A DNA stretch of 64,000 nt. Origin: the human T2T-CHM13v2.0 reference genome, Homo sapiens. Made by a program: the position numbers and the translations under genes. How positions within the stretch are numbered: position 1 is the stretch's first letter; each line of letters begins with the position of its first letter. The notes under the pieces are model-generated. The model had not been told where the DNA came from and did no database searches. It saw nothing but the letters and a program-made list of their open reading frames with translations. This document shows positions 1 to 26,230 of the stretch, in pieces. Location: assembly GCF_009914755.1 (NCBI RefSeq), contig NC_060933.1; one strand, written 5' to 3'.

Positions 1-403
1 TGAGCTGTTGGGCTCAGGGAATCCTGCCTCAGCCTCTTGAGTGGCTGGGACTACAAGCATGCCACGATGCCTAGCTATTTTTATTTATTTTTTATTTTTA
101 TTTATTTATTTTTGAAAAAGAGTCTTGCTTTGTCACCCAGGCTGGAATGCAGTGGTGCGATCTGGCTCACTGCAACCTCCGCCTCCTGGGTTCAAGCAAT
201 TCTCCTGCCTCAGCCTCCTGAGTAGCTGGGACTACAGGCGTGCACCACCACACCCAGCTAATTTTTGTATTTTTAGTAGAAACGGGGTTTCACCATGTTA
301 GCCAGGCTGGTCTCGAACTCTTGACCTCAGGTAATCCATCTGCCTCGGCCTCCCAAATTGCTGGGATTACAGGCGGGAGTCACCATGTCTGGCCAATTTT
401 TAA

Positions 404-538
<135 letters not shown>

Positions 539-539
539 T

Positions 540-3465
<2,926 letters not shown>

Positions 3466-3722
3466 GATTAATGCCATTATAAAGAGCTTGGTGGAGGGAG
3501 CTTGCGCTATCTCTTTTGCCCTTCTATCCCCACCATGTGGAACAAAGTGTTTCTCCCTTTTGAAGGATGCAACCTTCAAGGCATCATCTTGGAATCAGAA
3601 TTGCCAAACCTGCCAGTGCCTTGATATTGGACTTCTCAGCCTCCAGAACTGTGAATAAATTTCTGTTTATGAATTATCCAGTGTGTGGGATTCTGTTATA
3701 GCAGCACAAAGAGATTAAGACA
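3466..3722 (+). mobile_element. MaLR LTR 3' half (MST-like)
   Basis: Typical MaLR 3' end: GGACTTCTCAGCCTCCAGAACTGTGAATAAATTTCTGTT...TTATAGCAGCAC...AAGACA. Confidence 0.65.
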
Positions 3723-4399
3723 CATTTAAATTTTAGGATTTACTCAATGCCTTCTGCTAGACTAAGATCCTTTCTGCAAATGCAAACACATTTTTTACTT
3801 CCTAGGCTTTAATTTAGGTTTCCTTTAAATAGAGTGAAATTACCCTATTTTTATGTATTTCCAATTACTCAAAAGTTAGATGTGGGGCAGTAAAAGAGTT
3901 AAATTCATTAACAGACATCTGTGGAGCAGCCTTTAGTTAACTTAACTTGAATGAGATAGCGTCCACTGTAACACAGATGTTTTGGTCAGTAGCTGGGTGT
4001 TCAAATGCATCCTTTCTATGGTGGGTCCCCCGAAAGGTTACAGACTTTTAACAATAATGCATCAAGTAATTAGGCATATATTGAAGCAATTAAGTTGATG
4101 ATTCTGGTCATCAAATTGTTCCTGGCATCCTCAGAGGAAATTCAGAGGCTTGTGAATCAATACAAAGGAGGTTTTAAGTTAATAGCAACACAGGGGGATT
4201 GCACAGGTTTATCTGGACATTCATTTTTTCCAGTGGTCATGCTTTACTGTGGTTATATTTATGCTACATGGCCCAGTGGAAAGATGCAGCCTGTACTTGG
4301 GGCTTTTCAGAGATACCCGATAAGGCAATATTTACACCCAGACTTGGTAAGAGGGCCTTGCACTTTACTGGCCCCTACATATCACAAACATAAGTTTAA

Positions 4400-5452
<1,053 letters not shown>

Positions 5453-5648
5453 ACATACTAAACTGCTAAAGCCTTAGGAAGATAAACACTTCAGCATATC
5501 TCTTGCTTTATGTCCTCAAAAAAACCCACAACTGTGTCCAAATGCTATAAATGCTCCTCAGCTGTGCATGGCCAATGTCAGAGACAGATACTACTTCAAA
5601 GACTGGAGAGGGTTTGAGTGGCAGAAGTACTTAAGCAGGAGACTGTAA

Positions 5649-5987
<339 letters not shown>

Positions 5988-6067
5988 TCAGATAGTGTGA
6001 TTGCAAGGGATTTTTTGTGCTTCTCTTCATATTTCAATGAGTAGTTCCAGGATCACTCATGAATTCA

Positions 6068-6676
<609 letters not shown>

Positions 6677-7398
6677 TCAAAAAAAAAAAAAAAAAAAAAA
6701 ATATATATATGGTGCTGTTAATGCTGGCTATGGAATGGATGTTGAATGCTGAAATCATGTTAGTTTTATTTTTACAAAAATATTTAACAGGCCAGGCATG
6801 GTGGCTCCCACCTGCAATCCCAGCACTTTAGGAGGCCAAAGGGTGGATCATCTGAGGTCAGGAGTTCAAGACAAGCCTGACCAACATGGTGAGACCCCGT
6901 CTCTACTAAAAATACAAAATTAGCTGGGCGTGGTGGTGCACGTGTGTAATCCCAGCTACTCAGGAGGCTGAGGCAGGAGAATTACTTGAACACAGGAGGC
7001 AGAGGTTGCAGTGAGCCAAGATCACGCCATTGCACTCCAGCCTGGGCGACAGAGAGAGACTCCGTCTCAAAAAACAAAAAAAAATATTTATTTACATTTT
7101 CCAGAAATTAAATAATATTGTTCATTTTTATTTGTCATTTTAACTCTAAATCTTTATATTCTTTTTATTATTTATTTATTTTTTTTGAGACAGTCTTGCT
7201 GTGTCGTCCAGGCTGGAGTGCAGTGGTGTGATCACAGCTCACTGCAGCCTCCAACTCCTGGGCTCAAGTGATCCTCCCTCAGCCTCTCAGAGCACTGAGA
7301 TTCCAAGTGTGAGCCACTGTGACTAGCCCATGTTCATTAACCATAATATATTTTGCCATTTGGTAGTTCAGAAAATGTTAAAAGAAAAATAACTTTTA

Positions 7399-7725
<327 letters not shown>

Positions 7726-8002
7726 TTAAAAGAACAATTTTATTTTAGTTGCCTGGGAAAAACACAAGTCACAGGAAGGATCTGTGACTGTGCTTTCCCA
7801 AATAATTTTAGTTTTTAAATTTTATACAGTAATGTTAATAATTAAGATTATTTGTGTTACATAAACTATATGTAGTTTACATTTGTTGAGGAAAATATAT
7901 GAAAATTTGTAGACTCGGAACACAATTGCATTTTATATTTTGAGTCATGTAGATCAGGGATTGGGCAAGCTTTTTATTTTCTTTCTTTTTTTCTTTTTTT
8001 GA

Positions 8003-8107
<105 letters not shown>

Positions 8108-8306
8108 TAAGTAGCTGGGATTATGATCCCACCCAGCCAGAACCTTACTTTTAATAAAGAACAGAATATCGGCTGGGTGTGGTGGCTCAAGCCTGTAATC
8201 CCAGCACTTTGGGAGGCTGAGGCGGGTGGATCACCTGAGGTCAGGAGTTCAAGACCAGCCTGACCAATATGGTAGAACCCCATCTCTACTAAAACTACAA
8301 AAATTA

Positions 8307-8658
<352 letters not shown>

Positions 8659-9211
8659 TTAGCTGGTCATGTAATCCTAGATCCTCAGGTGGCTGAGGTG
8701 GGAGAATCACCTGAGCCTGGAAGGTTAAGGCTGCAGTGAGCCGAGATTGTGCCTCTACATATCAGCCTGGGCAACCAGAGTGAGACCCTGCCTCAAAAAA
8801 AAAAAAAAAAAAAAAGTAAAACTTATATTGAAAAAATTTTAAAAAAAGAAAAATGTGAAAAAGTAGAGTCTCCTCATCTGAAAAATAGAATAATGGTAGT
8901 TCCTTTCTCTTTGTATGTAACGCTATCCATTTAAAGAACTTAGAACTCAGTAAGTACTAAAGGACCGTTAATTCATTCAACAAGCATTATTTGATCTAGG
9001 CACTTAGAATACATCAATCAACTAAGCTGACAAAGATTCTTCCACTTGCGGAGCTCAATCTTAGTGGAGGGATGGAGGAAATAAACAGTGCAAAATAAAT
9101 AAGTGAAGGATAGAATATGCAGGAAGTTAAGTGCTATGGATGAAAGAAAAAGTACAACAGTGTAGCAGGGTCAGGAGTGCTGGGTGGTGGGTGGCAGTGC
9201 TGAATGGGTGA

Positions 9212-9361
<150 letters not shown>

Positions 9362-9539
9362 TAGGAGTAGCCTCCTGGGTAGCTGGGATTACAGGCATGT
9401 GCCACCACGCCTGGCTAATTTTTGTATTTTTAGTAGAGATGGGTTTTCACCATGTTGGCTAGGCTGGTCTCAAACTCCTGATCTCAGGTGATCCACCTGC
9501 CTCGGCCTCCCAAAGTGCTAGGATTACAGGCATGAGTCA

Positions 9540-9869
<330 letters not shown>

Positions 9870-11220
9870 TCACACACACATACACACTATATATATAGAG
9901 AGAGTATATTATAATAATATTATGTATTATATATTATATATGATGATGTGTTGAATTGCAACAGTGATTCTTGAAGGCATAAGTTAAATGCATAGGTTCT
10001 TTAATTATATAAATGCACAATATTAATTCATGTAAGTATCACGTCACATCAAAGGCTGATTTTTTCAAAATATGTCTTAGTTCCTTAATCACTCCCAACA
10101 TTCCAATAAAAAGCAAGCAGAAAATCCACTCTGCTTTTGATCATAAAGTGAAGACACAGAGAAAATTAAAGCCATAATACAAGTTAGAGACTGATGTTTT
10201 ATATCATGTGCCCCCACCATGCATTTGCACCAGTTTTTTGCTGACGATGAAATATGAAGCAAACAGGCACACACAGATAGTGAGTCAGCCCAAATTAATG
10301 TAAACTATCATGGTAATAACTACTTAAAATTCATTAGGAGACCACAAGAAGTACAGAGCGTGTTCAGAAACCCAACAGCCAGCCTCCAAAAATAAAGCGA
10401 AAGAGAAAATATACAGGTCATTTCTTCTCCAGAGAATCAAGGGAGATTAAAATATTTCAACTGGGCTGGGTACAGTGGCTCAAACCTGTAATTCCAGCAC
10501 TTTGGGAGGCCAAAGCAGGTGGATCACTTGAGGTCAGGGGTTCAAGACCAGCCTGGCCAACTTGGTGACATCCCATCTCTACTAAAAATACAAAAAATTA
10601 TCTGGGCATGGTGGCAGGCACCAGCTACTTGGGAGGCTGAGGCAGGAGAATCGCTTGAACCCGGGAGGCGGAGGTTGCAGTGAGGCACTGCACTCCAGCC
10701 TGGGCGACAGAGCAAGACTCTGTCTGAAAAAAAAAAAATAAGAAAATCAACTGAAGGTAGACTGTTAGAATTTGTCACCCTTCTGTAAAATTTTTACAAG
10801 TATTTGCATGCTAAGAAGACAACTTTCAGAGTTGGCTAACAACGGTTAATGAGCATCCGCCAGATACAAAGCCCTATTCCATGTCAGCTGGGGTTGGTAT
10901 TTAGAAATCCAAGGTAAGCAGGAGGAGAGTCTGTGGCCATAGCATAGTTCAGTATAACTACTAGCACTTGTCTGATGCAAGTAATGTAACTAAATGTAAA
11001 CAGTCATAAACAATAAGAATTTATTGGCTCATAAAAAGGCAAAATTATTGTCAATATAGAATCATTTTTCAAAATCAATGATAAGGCTGGGCACAGTGGT
11101 TCACGCCTGCAATCTCAGCACTTTGGGAGGCTGAGGCGGGTGAATCACGAGGTCAAGAGATCAAGACCATCCCGGGCCAACATGGTGAAACCCCCGTCTC
11201 TATTAAAAATACAAAATTTA

Positions 11221-11403
<183 letters not shown>

Positions 11404-12268
11404 GTGATTACTGTCATTCTATGTCTATATTTTCCAGAGTCCACTGGAGTTTAAAACATCAAAATTTGACTCTATAATTTGCTATATTGTTACTATTATG
11501 AGCAATTGAGAAACTCATTTTTTACTAGTAATTAGTGTCTCTGAGGTGATTTCAAAGGTAATCATCTACATAATTGTCTTTAAAAGGATACAGCTATTGT
11601 GCAAATGTGGTTTATTATCAGAACTGAATGAATTATTTCATCTGGCAAAAAAATGTTAATTACAATTGAAATTTAAAGGTAATTCTACTTCAGGGACATA
11701 AATATAGTCATCTGGGTCATAATTTAGTAAATTGCCTAATTGGCTTACTTCAATAGCCAAGACTGTGAAATAATTGCAATATAACATCTGTTTCATACAG
11801 TGTTTTACTGCTTTAAAAATGCTTCTACTTTTTTGTTGTTGTTTTTGTTTTGTTTTTTGTTTTTTGAGATGAAGTCTTACTCTGTAGCCCAGGCTGGAGT
11901 GCAATGGCGTGATCTTGGTTTAATGCAACCTCTGCCTCCCGGGTTCAAGCGATTCTCCTTCCTTGGCCTCCCAAGTAGCTAGGATTACAGGTGTGCGCCA
12001 CTGCACCTGGCTAATTTTTCGTATTTTTAGTAAAGACAGGGTTTCACCATGTTGGTCAGGCTGGTCTTGAACTTCCAACCTCAGGTAATCCACCCACCCC
12101 AGCCTCCCAAAGTGCTAGGATTACAGGCGTGAACCACCGCGCCCAACCAAATGCTTCTACTTTTAAAAATCAATGTATTGATATTCATAACTCTTCAGGG
12201 AAGTCAACAGCACTGATGTAGAATCCTTATTTTTCAGGTGAAGAAACTTGAGACACAGCTCTATAGTA

Positions 12269-12524
12269 CAGTTGTCTCTCAGTATACACAGACGATTGGT
12301 TATTGGTCTTATAACCATTACAGGACCCCCAAGTATAGCAAAATCCAAGCATACCCAAGTCCTGCAGCTGGCCCTGAGGAATAAGAGTATAGGAAAATTG
12401 GGCCCTCCCCATACAGGGTTTCACATCCCGTGAATACTGTATGTTCAATCTGCATTTGGTTGAAAAAAAGCAGTGTATACGTCGACCCATGCAATTCAAA
12501 CCCATGTCATTCAAGAGTCAACTG
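12269..12524. mobile_element. MER8 (TcMar-Tigger MITE) inside a MIR
   Basis: Terminal inverted repeats CAGTTG...CAACTG, preceded by TA. Body matches the recalled MER8 consensus with CpG decay. Confidence 0.75.
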
Positions 12525-12588
12525 AGGCTAGGCTCGGTGGCTCACGCCTGTAATCCCAGCACTTTGGGAGGCCGAGGCGGGTGGATCA

Positions 12589-12807
<219 letters not shown>

Positions 12808-14399
12808 TCAAAAAAAATAAAAAAAATAAAAAAATAAGTCAAACAACTGGGTAAATAGTAGAGCTAGGTCTGAAGTATAGGCCTCCAGACTTCCAGTCCA
12901 GTTCTCCTTTGCACTAAGAGTACAGAAGACTACTTTAAAAAGCAGATCCTGCCCAGTGTGGTGGCGTGTGCCCTAGTCCCCAGCTACTCCAGGGAGGCTG
13001 AGGCCAAAGGATCTGAGCCTAGGACTTGGAGACCAGCTTGGGCAACATAGCCACCCCGCCTATTTAAAAAAAAAAAAAAATAGAGAGAGAAGCTGATACT
13101 GGCTCTGTGTGACTTTGAGCAAATTACTCAATCTCATAGTGATTGAGCAAATCACTCAATCTCATAGTGAGGCAGTTAGTTTATCTGTAATATGGGACTA
13201 TTCACTGGGTAATAACTTCACTGAGGGTAATAGGTGCTAAAACCTGTGGAGCACTTAGAACAGTGCTGGACAAATACTAAATTCTGTATAAATGTTGGCA
13301 ATTCTACACCACTTTAACTTCTGAGATGGAAGCCTTATATTGTATACCTTATTAGTAATATACTCAAGGACACATGTAGGGCATGTTTCAGTTTTGTGGA
13401 TATTGAAATACAGGGAAAACCATATTTTTGACTCGCAATATTCCCATGTTTTCGGCTTCATTATATTCCCACAATGTCCTTCCAACCAAGTAAACATGTC
13501 AAAACTGTGCCAAGAATACTTCCCTGGGATCACACACCACTGAGATATTTAATTATTAAAGAAGCTGAAATCAAGAGTATTGCAGTATTAAAACAGGACA
13601 CACACGAATCAAAGTGTAACATAATTTTAAATAAAAACTATGCAATTAGTCTCAGACCAAATCCATTAATGAGCATATGGAGTTACCTAACATTTTAGTA
13701 TAAAAAATGTTAGGTCAAAGCCCCGGATGACCAGGCTGCAACACTGCAAATTGTTTATAAAGAAGTGTTTTGAAGGCCGGGCGCGCTGGCTCACGGCTGT
13801 AATCCCAGCACGTTGGGAGGCCGAGGTAGGTAGATCACCTGAGGTCAGGAGTTCGAGACCAGCCTGACCAACAAGGTGACGCACCGTCTCTACTAAAAAT
13901 ACAAAAATTAGCCGAGCGTGGTGGCAGGCGCCTGTAGTCCCAGCTACTCGGGAGGCTGAGACAGGGGAAATGCTTGAACCTGGGAGGCAGAGGTTGCAAT
14001 GAGCCAAGATCGCCCCGCTGGAGCGCCGCTGCACTCCAGCCTGGGCGATTGAGCAAGACTCCTTCTCAAAAAAAAAAGTGTTTCCAGGAAGTGTTGCCAG
14101 GTTGGGTGCGGTGGCTCACGTCTGTAATCCCAACACTTTGAGAGGCCGAGGCGGGCGGATCACTTGAGGCCAGGAGTTCGGGACCAACCTGGACATAGGG
14201 AAACCCCGTCTCTACCAAAAAATGCAAAAATTAGCTGGGCGTGGTGGCACATGCCTATAATCCCAGCTACTCAGGAGGCTGAGGCACGAGAATCACTTGA
14301 ACCCAGGAGGCTGCGGTTGCAGTAAGCCGAGATGGCGCCACTGCACTCCAGCCTGGGCGACAGCGAAATTCTATCTCAAAAAATAAAATAAAATAAAAA

Positions 14400-15400
14400 G
14401 CCGAAGGTCTTCAGAGCACCTCGGACCAGCGGAGGTTAAAGCTTATCTACAACAGCTTGCAGCAAGCTTGCTTTGGTAAACAGTCTGGGGCCAGGAGGTA
14501 CCCACAGTCCTAGTTACGCCAAATTCAGGCCGAAGGGCGACCTGTCTCCGTGCTCCTGACAAACTTCCAGCCCCCGTTTCCCATCAGAGCCTCGTCCAGG
14601 TGTTCCCATTTAAAGGCTCCACCTGCGCAGGGCGGGTGCCACACAATGAGGAGAGTTTTGCAAACAAACGCGGCCGTTGCTCCAAGGTCTCGGGTAACCG
14701 ATTGGCAAAACCTAGGTCTTCCCACTTAGGGAAGATGGCCCAAGAGCAAGAAGGCGAAACAAGAGGCCGCCGGACCCGCGAAGCCCCGAGCTCAGAGGTC
14801 GCCCAGTGCTCGGCCCCGCCTCTGACGTCACGGCTCGGTGGGACTCCCGGAGCCCGGATGCGCGCTGGGACTCGGTGCAGTCCAGCTCCACGGTCGCGCG
14901 TCCCACAGCTCCCTTCACGTCCGTTCCTCCGTTTCCCCACCTTGGGAGGGCCAGGACTTCCGAGGCTTTAGGGGGCAGGAAGCTGCGAGAAGGTGGCGCT
15001 TGCTTAGGTGAGGCGCGGAGGATGGTATTAGAGAGAGGAACGTGACTGGAAGCTCCCTGGCCATGGACGATCGCTGGGTTCTAGGCGCCTGCTCGCCCCA
15101 GCGGTTGACGGTCACGTGATACCCCCCAGTGTACCTTTCCTGCAGCGTGTTACGTGGCGCACAGAGAACGTCGCTTCCAGAGGACCGTTTTTTCGTAACT
15201 GGCAGTAGTAATCTGGCGGTTGACACTCTCGTTGCCTGTATAGGCTGATGGCCCACTCACCTTTTTAGCTGGGCTCCTGACCTGTCCGGCCAGAAAGTTG
15301 CCATTGGGGTAAGGTGGATGGCGTGGGGGAATAGGGAAGGGCCTCAGCACAGTTTCTGAACACTTCTTCCACACCGGATTCCGGAGGCCGCAGATAGGGA
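14400..15400. promoter_or_regulatory. Distal CpG island / probable bidirectional promoter
   Basis: CpG-rich non-repeat sequence. GC box, perfect CRE TGACGTCA (14823-14830), E-box GTCACGTGAT (15111-15120). Splice donors on both strands. Confidence 0.8.
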
Positions 15401-15738
15401 AAGCAAGGGCCAGTAGGGCAGTTTTCTCTTGTGTTCCCTATTCTTGTTGAGACTGTGAGGATGGTGGAGTGACCCTCTGGCTGACCTTTGTCCCTCCTGC
15501 CAAGACTTTTTCTTGCAGGACTATTCCCCACCCAGTGGGTGAGTTTGCTTACTTGGTGGGTGACAGTACCGTGACCACAACCAAGGATTTGACAAGGGGA
15601 TGTTATTACTTGCAACAAGTAAGGAAACACTGGGGGTAATTCTTAAAGCGGTGCCTCCCTGAACAAAGGTGAAAACAGTGCTTTTATTAGTCGTATGTAG
15701 AGGTGGAGCAAAAGCCGTGCTGGTGCAGTTTTCTATCA

Positions 15739-15942
<204 letters not shown>

Positions 15943-15951
15943 TCACAGCTA

Positions 15952-16236
<285 letters not shown>

Positions 16237-16317
16237 CTAGGCAACATAGGGAGACCCAGCCGATATTGAAAAAAAATAGAGAGAGAAAGAAAATGGCGAA
16301 AAAGAAGCTCCTCCCTA

Positions 16318-17702
<1,385 letters not shown>

Positions 17703-19639
17703 CCTGGGCGAGGGTTTTTAGTGTGGTAATAAGACTTAGCCACATTTTGTATCCATCTCAGGCATCTCTGCATCCAGCTGGTTTTTGTTTTGCTGAGGCT
17801 CGGCTTCTTCCTGGAACTTTTTGAAACAACACTCAAGGGTCTCAAGTGGGTATTTTTTCATGTTGTATACCCAAAAACCTGAAAACCCAGGGCCCTGGGT
17901 TACAGTATTTCCACGTCGTATACCCAAAAACCTGAAAACCTGGGGACCCTGGGTTCCAGTATTTCCTGGCGATCTTACCCACTACCACCATCTAGTCAAT
18001 TTGAACCACCTCCTCAACCACCTATGAGGGCCTAAACACTCTTTCACTCCCTTTCCTGCCAGCACCCCTCAAGCTGATAAAAATACTTTGGTCTTTAAAG
18101 CCGACTGGAAATGCTGAGTCAAAATCAAATTTGGAATATTTAAAGTGGATTCAAAAATATTTCAGCAATGCAGACAATTGTGAATAATGAAGCTGTTGGT
18201 AATATATGTCTTGATATCCTATACAACAAACAAATTGTCTGAATATGTACGAGTGATTATTTTTTTCTTTTGTTTTTTTTTTTTTGAGATGTAGTTTAGC
18301 TCTTGTCGCCTAGGCTGGAGTGCAATGGCACGATCTTGGCTCACTGCAACCTCCGCCTCCCGGGTTCAAGCAATTTCCTGCCCCAGCCTCCCGAGTAGCT
18401 GGGATTACAGGTGCCTGCCACCACGGCCGGCTAATTTTGTATTTTTAGTAGAGATGGAGTTTCAGCATGTTGGCCAGTCTGGTCTCGAACTCCTGATCTC
18501 AGGTGATCTGCCCACCTCAGCCTCCCAAAGTGCTGGGATTACAGGCATGAGCCACTGCATCTGGCCCCTTTTTCTTATTTTTCATTACCAACAGTTTGCC
18601 CTGACAGATATACCAGTGATTTTTTGAAAACTGTGCAGTCACGGTTATTGTTGAGCCATATAATCTTGCACTTTTCAGTCCTGCAGGGCAAAAAGATTAT
18701 AACAGAATGACCCCCACAGCTATCCACAATCGGATGTATTAATTTTTTTTTTTTTTTTTTTTGAGACGGAATTCACTCTGTTGCCTAGGCTGGAGTGCAA
18801 TGGCACGCGACCTCGGCTCACTGCAACCTCCGCCTCCTGGGTTGAAGCGATTCTCCTGCCTCAGCCTCCCAAGTAGCTGGGATTACAGCCGTTTGCCACC
18901 ACGCCCAGCTAATTTTTGTATTTTTAGTAGAGACGGGGTTTCACCATGCTGGCCAGGATGGTCTCGAACTCCTGACCTCAGGCGATCTGCCCGCCTCAGC
19001 CTCCCAAAGTGTTGGGATTACAGGTGTGAGCCACCGTGCCCAGCTAGATGTATTAATATTTATAGTTTATCTTCTTTTTTTTTTGAGATGGAGTTTTGCT
19101 CTTATTGCCCAGGCTGGAGTGCAATGGTGCGATCTCGGCTCACTGCAACCTCGGCTCTCTGCAACCTCTGCCTCCTGGGTTCAAGTGATTCTTCTGCCTC
19201 AGACTCCCAAGTAGCTGGGATTACAGGCATGTGCTATCACTCCCGGATTATTTTCTATTTTTAGTACAGACCAGGTTTCTCCATGTTGGTCAGACTGGTC
19301 TCAAACTCCCTACCTCAAGTGATCTGCCCACCTCGGCCTCCCAAAGTGCTGGGATTAAAGGCGTGAGTCACCACCCCTGGCCTTATAGTTTATCTTCTAG
19401 TGGTCTTCTATCCTCATTTGAAAATGTGAAAAGTGGGTACCTGAGATAATTCACCGACTCATTGTTTCTTGGAACCACAATTGATCTCAGAAGTGTAACC
19501 CTGTACTACTGAGAAGCTTAATCAAGGACAAATACAATCCCCTCACTCCGCAGATGGCTGACATGATGGTCTGTGACCTGAAAGTTGTTGAATAGTTGGA
19601 GTGTTCTGCATTCATGTGGAAGAGGCTAAAGGATGTTTG

Positions 19640-19688
19640 ATGAAGCACTATGGGCTGCCCTGGAAGAGGACTGAAGAAGCAGCTGCAG
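19640..19688 (+). CDS. KDM4C: KDM4C alternative upstream exon, coding part (MKHYGLPWKRTEEAAA + G, phase 1); exon probably 19554-19688
   Basis: Translation matches the N-terminal extension I recall for a KDM4C isoform (MKHYGLPWKRTEEAAADTALTIM...). Consensus donor CAG|GTGAGT at 19688/19689. Confidence 0.85.
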
Positions 19689-19895
19689 GTGAGTGCTGCT
19701 CTGAACATAATCCAGGACACTTTGTACATAGTTGGTGGTTCTGTCACACTTAAAGCAATGTTAATTTCTTTATTTTTATTTTTTTAGAATCAAGGTCTCT
19801 GTTGCCCAGGCTAGAGGGCAGTGGTGCAATCACACCTCACTGCAGCCTCAACATCCCAGGCTCAGGTGATTCTCCCACCCCAGTCTTCCCAGTAG

Positions 19896-20132
<237 letters not shown>

Positions 20133-20256
20133 TGACTAATTTTTGTATTTTTAGTAGAGACAGGGTTTTGCCATGTTGGGCAGGCTGGTCTCAAACTCCT
20201 GGCCTTAAGCGACCTACCCGTCTCGGCCTCCCAAAGTGCTGGGATTACAGGCATGA

Positions 20257-20457
<201 letters not shown>

Positions 20458-21152
20458 TAGTAGAGACTGGGTTTCATCATATTGGCCATGCTGGTCTCAA
20501 ACTCCTGACCTCATTATCTGCCCACCTTGGCCTCCCAAAGTGCTGGGATTACAGGCATGAGCCACCGCGCCTGGCCCATTTTTTAATTTTTGCAGAGATT
20601 GGGTCTCACTATGCTGCCCAGGTTGGTCTTGAGCTCCTGGGTGCAAGCAATCCTCTTGCCTTGACCTCCCAAAGATCTGGAATTATAGGCATGAACCTCC
20701 ATGCCTGGCCTAAAAGCAATGTTTAAATCCAATTAAAAATTAAAATTTGTTTTTGTAGTTGTAGAGGAACTGTTCCGTGCTGGTTCCCCAATAGCCTAGG
20801 ACAACTCTGTTAGCCTTGACAAATTTGGCATCCAACCTGAGCCTGGTAAGGTCACGAAGCCTTTTTGGAAGAAAGAGGGATGTGGGCCAGGTTAAGGGCT
20901 ATGATAAGACTCCCTGGGATCTTGTAGTGCATGTTCTTGCCTAAGCAGTGAATTGGGAGGATTCAGTTTCCTCCCAGTGTCCTAGTTGTTACTAGACAGT
21001 GTGGGCTGGGTTAGATGAAATGGAAAAGATTTCCCTGGGTCTGATAGTACATGCTACCCATCAGTGAATATTTAGAGATTTGGAGGCTGGGCTTGGTGGC
21101 TCAAGCCTGTAATCCTAGCACTTTGGGAGGCTGAGGCGGGCAGATCTCTTGA

Positions 21153-21379
<227 letters not shown>

Positions 21380-21900
21380 TAGTAGAGATGGGGTTTCTCC
21401 ATGTTGGTCAGGCTGGTCTCGAACTCTCAACCTCAGGTGATCCGCCTGCCTCCGCCTCCCAAAATGCTGGAATTACAGGTATGAGCCACCGCATCCGGCC
21501 TACAAAAGATTTTTTAAAAAATTAGCTGGGTGTAGTGGCACACATCTGTGGTCTCAGCTACTTGGAAGGCTGAGGTGGGAGGATTGCGTGAGCCCAGGAG
21601 GTTGAGGTTGCAGTGAGTCGAAATTGCACGACTGCACTCTAGCCTGGGCAACAGAGCGATACACGACAGAGCAATACACTGTCTCATAAAAACAAAACAA
21701 AAACAAAAACAACAAAACTCAAACAGCAAGAGATTTACAGTGGTAGGATTGAAGCAGCTGCCTGAATGGTGTCTTAGTTGTAAAAGTTTGTAGATGCTTG
21801 GCTGGGCGCCATACACTTTGGGAGGCCGAGGTGAGTGGATCTCCTGAGATCAGGATTTCGAGACCAGCCTGCCCAACATGGAGAAACCCCGTCTCTACTA

Positions 21901-22110
<210 letters not shown>

Positions 22111-22315
22111 TTAAATCTGAAAGTAAGTCCAAAACTGTGCTTATTGGTGCGGAACTGCTCCTGTCACACCCCCGATCTCTTCCTCTCTCTTACCTTGACC
22201 TCTGTTCCTTTAAGGAAAGAAACGTCCACTCTGCTCCAGTCAACCCCACTGCTGGTGTCCTCTGCACTGCCTTGCACTCCCTGAAGAGAGCCTGGGCAAC
22301 AGAGCGAGACTCCAT

Positions 22316-22346
<31 letters not shown>

Positions 22347-22349
22347 GGG

Positions 22350-23459
<1,110 letters not shown>

Positions 23460-23529
23460 TGATCTGCCCACCTCGGCCTCCCAAAGTGCTGGGATTATAG
23501 GTGTGAGCCACAGTGTCCGGCCTCTGGGT

Positions 23530-23850
23530 GTATTACTTTCTTATTGCCACTATTACAAATTTAGTGACTTAAAATGACATAAATTTATTGTCTTGCAGTT
23601 CTGAAAGAAGTCCAAAATGAGTTTCACTGGGCTGAAATCAAGGTGTTGGCAGGACTGCACTCCCTCCAGAGGCTCTGGGGTAGGATCGGTTTCCTTGCCT
23701 TTTCCAGTTTCTAGAGGCTCTCCTCATTCCTTGGGTCATGACACCTTCCTCACATTGTTTCAATCTCTTGCTTTCATCATCACATCTCCTACTTCCTCTT
23801 CTGGAGTCAAATCTCTCTCTGCCTTTTTGTTTTAAAAAATCTAATGTGAT
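23530..23850 (-). mobile_element. MLT1 MaLR LTR fragment
   Basis: AAATTTATTGTCTTGCAGTTCTG...AAATCAAGGTGTTGGCAGG...CCTTTTCCAGTTTCTAGAGGC. Confidence 0.7.
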
Positions 23851-23859
23851 CCCCTTACC

Positions 23860-25390
<1,531 letters not shown>

Positions 25391-25842
25391 ACTACTAAAA
25401 GAATTGCCTTAATCTTTTTATCCATTTTTGGGTTTTTGGGGGTTTTCTTTAGACGGAGTCTTGCTCTGTCTCCTAGGCTGGAGTGCAGTGGCTCAATCTG
25501 GGCTCACTGCAAGCTTTGCCTCCCAGGTTCAAGCAATTCTCCTCCTTCAGCCTCCTGAGTAGCTGGGATTACAGGCATACGCCACCACGCCTGGCTAATT
25601 TTGTATTTTTAGTAGAGATAGGATTTCGCCATGTTGGCCAGGCTGGTCTCAAACTCCTGACCTCATGTGGTCCTCCTGCCTCAACCTCCCAAAGTGCTGG
25701 GATTATAGGCATGAGCCACTGCATCTGGCCCGATTCTTTATATTTGTAAAAAGCATACTGTACTTCAATATATTCAAAATTAGACTATTATTTAGAAGTA
25801 TATCAATTTGCAGCCAGGGCAGTGGCTCACGCCTGTCCTTTA

Positions 25843-26230
<388 letters not shown>

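Noticed and set aside
13115-13170. 28-bp tandem duplication within a MIR
   Set aside because: Ordinary micro-duplication with no functional sign.
17865-17966. About 53-bp tandem duplication (TATACCCAAAAACCTGAAAACC...)
   Set aside because: Two copies only, an ordinary local slippage duplication. Not an array or CRISPR-like structure.
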